From the NCBI GenBank assembly GCA_037439545.1, contig JBBIVV010000050.1, positions 1 to 11,850 on the forward strand: a DNA stretch of 11,850 bases, given 5' to 3'. Positions 6,824 to 11,850 of this stretch are shown one piece after another. Source of the stretch: a bacterium. GTDB lineage: Bacteria; JAMCPX01. The notes beneath the pieces were generated by a model. It was not told where the DNA came from. It worked only from the letters and a program-made list of their open reading frames with translations, and ran no database searches. The position numbers were made by a program, and so were the translations under genes. Numbering within the stretch: position 1 is the first letter of the stretch; every line of letters starts with the position of its first letter.

Positions 6824-9800
6824 TACTTTAGGTCCTCTTCTTGTTTTATCGTCCTTTTGAATCTCTCTTCAAAGACCGTGTAAAGCGTCGGGATCAGGAC
6901 AAGGGTCAATACAGTCGACACGAGGAGACCGCCGATAACGGCACGGGCAAGCGGCATGTTGGTTTCGCTTCCGGTCCCTATGCCTATTGCCATGGGGATA
7001 AGCCCGAGGATTGTTGCAAGACTGGTCATCAAAATAGGTCTTAACCTTGTTCTCCCTGCTTTCACTACAGCCTCGTGAAGCTCTATGCCTTCACCCCTCA
7101 ACCTGTTCGTATAGTCAACCAGCAGTATGCCGTTGCTCACGACGATGCCTATCATCATGATAACACCCATGAACGATTCGATGGACAGGGTTGTGCCCGT
7201 AAGGAAGAGCATCCACAGGACGCCTATGAATCCCATGGGCACTGAAAACATGATGATAAACGGGTCTATCAAAGATTTGAACTGCGATGCCATGATCATA
7301 TAGATGAGCATGATGGCAAGCAGCAATGCGAAAAACATGCTTGCAAATGCTCCCTTCTGCTGTGCGACCTCGCCGCTCATATTTATGTAGAACCCCGGAG
7401 GCATATGAAGCTTATTGAATTGATTGGAAAGATCGGTTGCGACATCTCCGAGGGGCCTTCCCGTTGCATTGGCAGTTATATGTATGACCCTCTGTTGGTA
7501 CTTCCTCTCTATCAATATGGGTCCCACCCCTTTTTCGATATTTGCGATATCTTTTAAATAGATCGTATTGCCGCTATAGGTCGACAGGGGTATGGTCTCC
7601 AGATCCTGCCTGGTGTTCGTAAATTTCTTGTCCATCTGAACGACGACGTAATACTCATTGCCGGACAACGGATCCGTATAAACGGACGGGAACAGGGTAA
7701 GACTCGAACTCATCGAAGACAGCACTGTATTGGCTACGGTCATCTGATTAATGCCTGCAAGTGCCGCCTTTTCCCTGTCGACATTGATATCCAGTTCCGG
7801 ATAATTTTCTTCCCTGCTTATCATGACATCCGTTACTCCCGGAGTTTTCTTCATGACTGAGGCAACGGTTTCAGCCTCTTGTGCCGCCGTATGAAGATCA
7901 TATCCATACAACTCCACATCTATAGGAGCGGTAGAACCGAAGTTCATGATCCTTGAAACGATACCGCCTGATATAAAGTATGTTTGCACGCCCGGTATTG
8001 CCCCTGCCACGCGCTTCCTCACCATGTTCATATACGCAATATCGCTGACATGCCTCTTATCCGGCGTTACAAGGTTTACCTGGATCTGGGCTGTATGAGG
8101 TCCCGTGTTCTGGCTCCATATTGCCGCAAACCCGGTTGGCAGGCCCTCGTTTGAAATGATCGTCTTTATATCTTTCGCAGGTATTACATCCCGTATCATC
8201 TGCTCAATCTGTTCAACATATCCGTTTGTTATTCTGAGCCGTGTGCCTACGGGTCCGCGCATAACGATGAGGAATTGGCTTTCATCCGTTGCCGGAAAGA
8301 ATTCCGTGCCGATAAATTTGACGAGGAACAAAGATGCAACAAAAAACCCTGTCACTCCGAATACCACGATCTTTTTATGTCCCAATGCCCATTTCAGGGT
8401 ATTTTGATACAGGTTATCTATACGGTCAAAAAACACCTTGCTGCTCGCAAAAATCCTCTCATACAACCTGGGAGATTTCGTATCGTAATCCCGTTCCGGT
8501 TTAAGATATTTTTTGGACAGGACTGGTATTACGGTAAGAGAGACGAAGTATGATGCGATCAATGCAAAAGAAATGGTAAGTGCAAACGGTTCAAACAGCA
8601 GTTTCGCAATACCTGCGATAAAAACGACCGGAAAGAACACGGAGATCGTCGTTATGGTCGATGCAAGGACGGGCATTGCAACTTCACCTGCACCATCAAG
8701 GGCCGCTTTTACAGGACTCTTGCCCATGCTTTTGTGCCGGTAGATATTTTCAAGCACGACAATGGCGTCATCCACGAGTCTCCCGACACTCAACGTCAGT
8801 GCTCCGAGTGTAAATGTATTGAGTGTCTGATGTCCTACGAAGTACAAAAGAATAAAGGTGACCATGACCGACAGCGGAATGGAAAGTGAGATAATGAGCG
8901 TGCTGGTAAAACTTCTTAAAAAGATCAGTATAATGAGAAACGCAAGTATTGCCCCCTGACTTGCCTCATGCATGAGACTGCTTATGGATTGTCTTATATA
9001 TATGGATTGATCGAAGGTCAGTGCAAATTTAACACCCGAAGGAATGTTCAGGAGATGCGGTAAAAGCCCTTTTATAGCATCGACCACATCGACGGTATTC
9101 GCACCAGGGGTCTTGTTGACCATCAGGTATACGCCGTTCTTCCCGTTTATTCTTGCAATGTTCGTCCTGGTCTGGGCCGCATCGGATACATGACCTACGT
9201 CACCTATGTGTATGGGGACGCCATTGACCACCTTGACCACGATGTTATTCATGGGCGGGATTGTTTTGAATTGATTGTTGGTAAAAAGATTGTAGTCCAG
9301 ATTGTTGACCTTGATATCTCCGCTGGGCAGTATAAAGTTTGCACCAGTTACAGAATGGATAACATCCATTACGGAGACATTCTTGGCTATGAGCTTTTCG
9401 GGGTTAAGGTCGACATTGATCTGCCTTACCAGTCCACCGTTTACGGTAGCAGATGCCACATGCGGCAGATGCTCGATCTGCGGCTCTATTATATTGGTTG
9501 CAAGATCGTTCAACTGCAGCTCGTTTAACCTGTCACTCGAAACAGTGACCATGCATACCGGAATATTGGATATATCAAATTTCACGACAAAAGGCTGCTG
9601 AATGCCCGGCGGAAGAGCGCTCATGATACGCTGGATGCTCTCTATGATATCGACAGAGCCTTTATCGATATTAGCACCCCAGCTAAAAAAGACCATGACC
9701 ATCGAAAAGCCCTCTTTTGAGGTAGACTGTATGTAGGAAACATCATTGACAGAAGCCACCGCTTTTTCAATGGGGTAAGTTATCGCCTTTTCGATATCAG

Positions 9801-9969
9801 CGGGACTTGCTCCGGGGAACAGCGTTCCGACAACGACGACAGGCATGGATATGCTCGGAAAAACATCTATGGGCAGCTTGTTCACGCTCGTTGCGCCAAG
9901 CACGATAACCGCTATTGCGAGCATCAATATCGATATAGGATTTTTTAACGAAAATCTCGATAAAGGCAT
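6823..9969 (-). CDS. RND efflux permease (AcrB/AcrD/AcrF family)
   Basis: 1048 aa. LPIDVFP, TM4 GRLVDDAIVVLENI, MASQFKSLIDPFIIM, GIVVSNGILLVD, RLRPILMT and PLARAVIGGL, with two large periplasmic loops. ATG directly abuts the adaptor stop (TAA ATG). Confidence 0.97.
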   Translation of the reverse strand: MPLSRFSLKNPISILMLAIAVIVLGATSVNKLPIDVFPSISMPVVVVGTLFPGASPADIEKAITYPIEKAVASVNDVSYIQSTSKEGFSMVMVFFSWGANIDKGSVDIIESIQRIMSALPPGIQQPFVVKFDISNIPVCMVTVSSDRLNELQLNDLATNIIEPQIEHLPHVASATVNGGLVRQINVDLNPEKLIAKNVSVMDVIHSVTGANFILPSGDIKVNNLDYNLFTNNQFKTIPPMNNIVVKVVNGVPIHIGDVGHVSDAAQTRTNIARINGKNGVYLMVNKTPGANTVDVVDAIKGLLPHLLNIPSGVKFALTFDQSIYIRQSISSLMHEASQGAILAFLIILIFLRSFTSTLIISLSIPLSVMVTFILLYFVGHQTLNTFTLGALTLSVGRLVDDAIVVLENIYRHKSMGKSPVKAALDGAGEVAMPVLASTITTISVFFPVVFIAGIAKLLFEPFALTISFALIASYFVSLTVIPVLSKKYLKPERDYDTKSPRLYERIFASSKVFFDRIDNLYQNTLKWALGHKKIVVFGVTGFFVASLFLVKFIGTEFFPATDESQFLIVMRGPVGTRLRITNGYVEQIEQMIRDVIPAKDIKTIISNEGLPTGFAAIWSQNTGPHTAQIQVNLVTPDKRHVSDIAYMNMVRKRVAGAIPGVQTYFISGGIVSRIMNFGSTAPIDVELYGYDLHTAAQEAETVASVMKKTPGVTDVMISREENYPELDINVDREKAALAGINQMTVANTVLSSMSSSLTLFPSVYTDPLSGNEYYVVVQMDKKFTNTRQDLETIPLSTYSGNTIYLKDIANIEKGVGPILIERKYQQRVIHITANATGRPLGDVATDLSNQFNKLHMPPGFYINMSGEVAQQKGAFASMFFALLLAIMLIYMIMASQFKSLIDPFIIMFSVPMGFIGVLWMLFLTGTTLSIESFMGVIMMIGIVVSNGILLVDYTNRLRGEGIELHEAVVKAGRTRLRPILMTSLATILGLIPMAIGIGTGSETNMPLARAVIGGLLVSTVLTLVLIPTLYTVFEERFKRTIKQEEDLK

Positions 9970-11052
9970 TTACATCGTTTCCTTCCCGGCCTGCTGCACC
10001 GTGACATTTTCACCTTCATGTAATGTCTCTTCACCCTGCACTACAACAGCATCCGACTGGCTGATCCCTTTTTTAATTTCCACCATGCCTTCGGATTCTA
10101 TGCCCTCTTCCACCGGCACAAAATCCGCAATGCCGTTTTTAATTACATATAAGTTCTTTGTCCCATCCATGCTCAATAGCGCGGATACCGGCACTGCAAG
10201 AACATTTTTATGCTCCTCTGTTACTATGTTGACCCTTGAAAACATGCCGGGTTTCAGCAGGTGCTGGGGGTTCGGTATATCCACCTCGACCGCAAGTGTT
10301 CTTGTCGCCGGATCAAGTGCAGCTGCGGCACGGGTTATAGTTCCTTTAAACACTTTATCGTTGTACGCGTCTGCCACGGCAGTGACCGGCATGCCTGCTT
10401 GGATGTTTTCGACATCCCTTTCAGGTATATTGACCATAATCTTTACGGTGCTTATATCAACCAGCACGAGCAAAGGCGTTGCCGGCACCATCTGCGTGGA
10501 ACCGGGTATCAGCACTCCGGGATCTACATACCTGTTTGCAATGTACCCGCTAAACGGCGCGGTTATGGTTGCGTAGCTGAGATTCAGTGCTGCAAGGTTT
10601 TTTAATGCCAGGGTAACATCGTACTGTGTCTTTGCCGTATCAAGATCGTTTTGTGCAATCAACTGTTTTGCGATCAGTTTTTTTGCCCTTTCGTACTGAA
10701 TACCCGCGTACTCGAAGTTTGCCTTTGCCTGATCGTACTGATTCTGTAAATCCTGGTAATTGATGACCGCGAGCACCTGGCCTTTTCTGACTTTATCTCC
10801 GATATCTACGGGTATCTTTTCCAGGTATCCGCCGACACGGGCAAAAATGCTTGCCTGCTGGATCGCCATGATACTGCCGGTAAGACTTATCGTCCTCTTC
10901 AGGGTCATGGGCTTTGGATATTCAACCGATACTAAAGCAACTAATTTGGCGTTCGCAGTATGAGTCTTCAGACTCTTTATTCTGACAATAACTATAATCG
11001 AGAGCACTGCGATAATGCCTATGCCTGCCAATAAAACTTTTTTATTATTCAT
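9970..11052 (-). CDS. RND efflux periplasmic adaptor (membrane fusion protein)
   Basis: Start reassigned from 11163 to the ATG at 11052 (MNNKKVLL), which has a GAGG SD and is followed by an N-terminal TM anchor. Lipoyl half-motifs VDIGDKVRKGQVLA and ITAPFSG, plus DPATRT and LKPGMF. Confidence 0.95.
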   Translation of the reverse strand: MNNKKVLLAGIGIIAVLSIIVIVRIKSLKTHTANAKLVALVSVEYPKPMTLKRTISLTGSIMAIQQASIFARVGGYLEKIPVDIGDKVRKGQVLAVINYQDLQNQYDQAKANFEYAGIQYERAKKLIAKQLIAQNDLDTAKTQYDVTLALKNLAALNLSYATITAPFSGYIANRYVDPGVLIPGSTQMVPATPLLVLVDISTVKIMVNIPERDVENIQAGMPVTAVADAYNDKVFKGTITRAAAALDPATRTLAVEVDIPNPQHLLKPGMFSRVNIVTEEHKNVLAVPVSALLSMDGTKNLYVIKNGIADFVPVEEGIESEGMVEIKKGISQSDAVVVQGEETLHEGENVTVQQAGKETM

Positions 11053-11144
11053 ACCAACCTCTTTTTTCTCCGGCGCATTGTGGCCCGGCTCATTTTCCTC
11101 TGTGCAGCAACTTCCTCTGTACCTTCCCTGTACTCGATTGAGCA

Positions 11145-11166
11145 ATATTGAACTGTTGTTCAATAT
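11145..11166. promoter_or_regulatory. Perfect palindrome, putative repressor operator of the efflux operon
   Basis: ATATTGAAC-TGTT-GTTCAATAT (9-4-9 perfect inverted repeat), beginning ~20 nt downstream of the candidate -10 box. Confidence 0.65.
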
Positions 11167-11184
11167 ATGAATTATGGTTTTTAT

Positions 11185-11212
11185 AATTTATGTAATTATT
11201 CCGGTTTGTCAA
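11185..11212 (-). promoter_or_regulatory. Putative sigma70 promoter of the efflux operon
   Basis: Minus strand TTGACA (11212-11207), 16-nt spacer, TAAATT (11190-11185), in an AT-rich stretch upstream of the adaptor gene. Confidence 0.6.
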
Positions 11213-11289
11213 GTATTTCATTGCCGTACGGTTAACCCGAAAATGCATTTGTAAATAGGGGAGCATGAGCAATGAGCGAAGGGTACCCA

Positions 11290-11561
11290 CCCGACAGGTA
11301 AGGGTTGATGCAACGATATAACAGTTTGCTTTTGCATACTTGAGCAGTTTAAGTATCGATGTAGGGTAGTTATGAAGGTCATCTGCCAGGATATTGCTTC
11401 TGTCCTTTACCGCCTTGACAAGCTCAGCCCTGGAATTGAGGGGATTGATGAAGACCATATCGTCCATAAGCGGGGCTACGGACCTTATCATGGTGGTTGT
11501 CCCGCTCCCTTTGGTGCCGATGATGAACAGCTTGACCAAGTTTTAATACTTTGACTTTCAT
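11290..11561 (-). pseudogene. Frameshifted, truncated P-loop NTPase (AAA-like) remnant
   Basis: Perfect SD AAAGGAGGTGA and ATG at 11561 are one base out of frame with the downstream frame reading LFIIGTKGSGTTTMI (Walker A with K>T) and NILADDLH (Walker B-like). That frame runs on to 11090 only through promoter DNA, so the 3' boundary is approximate. Confidence 0.55.
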
Positions 11562-11593
11562 ATATTTCACCTCCTTTCTTTTGGATATTTTTG

Positions 11594-11728
11594 TTACTGA
11601 GACAGATACCGGATGACCAAAAGCGCTATCTTGATGAGCCTTATGACTACGGAGAAGACAAAGGCTGCTACGAGATATGCGATAACGTCATCGATGGTTT
11701 CTTTCTTTGATGCTTCCGATTTGTTCAT
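11594..11728 (-). CDS. Small 44-aa single-pass membrane protein, unknown function (not in the ORF track)
   Basis: GGAGGTGA SD at 11740-11733, then MNKSEASKKETIDDVIAYLVAAFVFSVVIRLIKIALLVIRYLSQ*: charged N-terminus, hydrophobic core and basic C-terminal side. Confidence 0.65.
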   Translation of the reverse strand: MNKSEASKKETIDDVIAYLVAAFVFSVVIRLIKIALLVIRYLSQ

Positions 11729-11850
11729 GCAATCACCTCCGGGTAAATGATGGATGGAGTATGAGTCAGAAATGCCCTGGATACGCTGTAAAAAAGCTTA
11801 TCTGAGGGCGTTAAATTGCTGGATGAGCTTCGGGATATGCTGAATCTGGG

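Noticed and set aside
227..10963. Plus-strand and alternate-frame ORFs such as 3646-4344, 9845-10576, 3070-3573 and 5070-5459
   Set aside because: They are shadows of well-supported minus-strand genes, with atypical composition and no recognisable motifs.
11053..11163. 37-aa N-terminal extension of the adaptor ORF
   Set aside because: The TTG start lies inside the palindrome and has no SD. The ATG at 11052 has an SD and directly precedes the TM anchor.
11090..11539. Intact 149-aa protein
   Set aside because: The strong SD belongs to the out-of-frame ATG, Walker A is degenerate, and the Asn-rich C-terminus is simply translated AT-rich promoter DNA.
11725..11850. Minus-strand frame open from the window edge and ending in an ATGA overlap with the 44-aa ORF
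   Set aside because: Only 41 Ser-rich codons are visible with no motif. It cannot be called without flanking sequence.
1..11850. CRISPR array, tRNA/rRNA, IS transposase or intact reverse transcriptase
   Set aside because: No spaced repeats, cloverleaf, DDE or YxDD RT ORF seen. Nearly all of the window is filled by recognisable protein genes.

Overview
Bacterial chromosomal window with all convincing genes on the minus strand. In transcription order (right to left): a 44-aa single-TM small protein and a frameshifted, degenerate P-loop NTPase remnant, both with very strong Shine-Dalgarno sites; an AT-rich promoter/operator region; a tightly coupled RND efflux operon (adaptor, AcrB-family permease, TolC-family channel); methylglyoxal synthase mgsA; a ~185-bp spacer; then ileS-lspA, an amidohydrolase_2-type metallohydrolase and a class I SAM methyltransferase. 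The large genes are well-known families and I see no clear new multi-gene system. The most interesting signals are small or non-coding. (1) The mgsA-ileS spacer holds an apparent 5' remnant of a group IIC intron, antisense to the genes and 4 nt after a strand-specific hairpin. (2) The efflux leader has a perfect 9-4-9 palindrome, tandem CsrA-like GGA repeats and a basic 14-codon uORF overlapping the adaptor start. (3) The permease has an apparent TM4-Arg/TM10-Ser charge swap. (4) A decayed small-TM/ATPase module lies at the right edge. All family calls come from motif recognition by eye; no searches were run.
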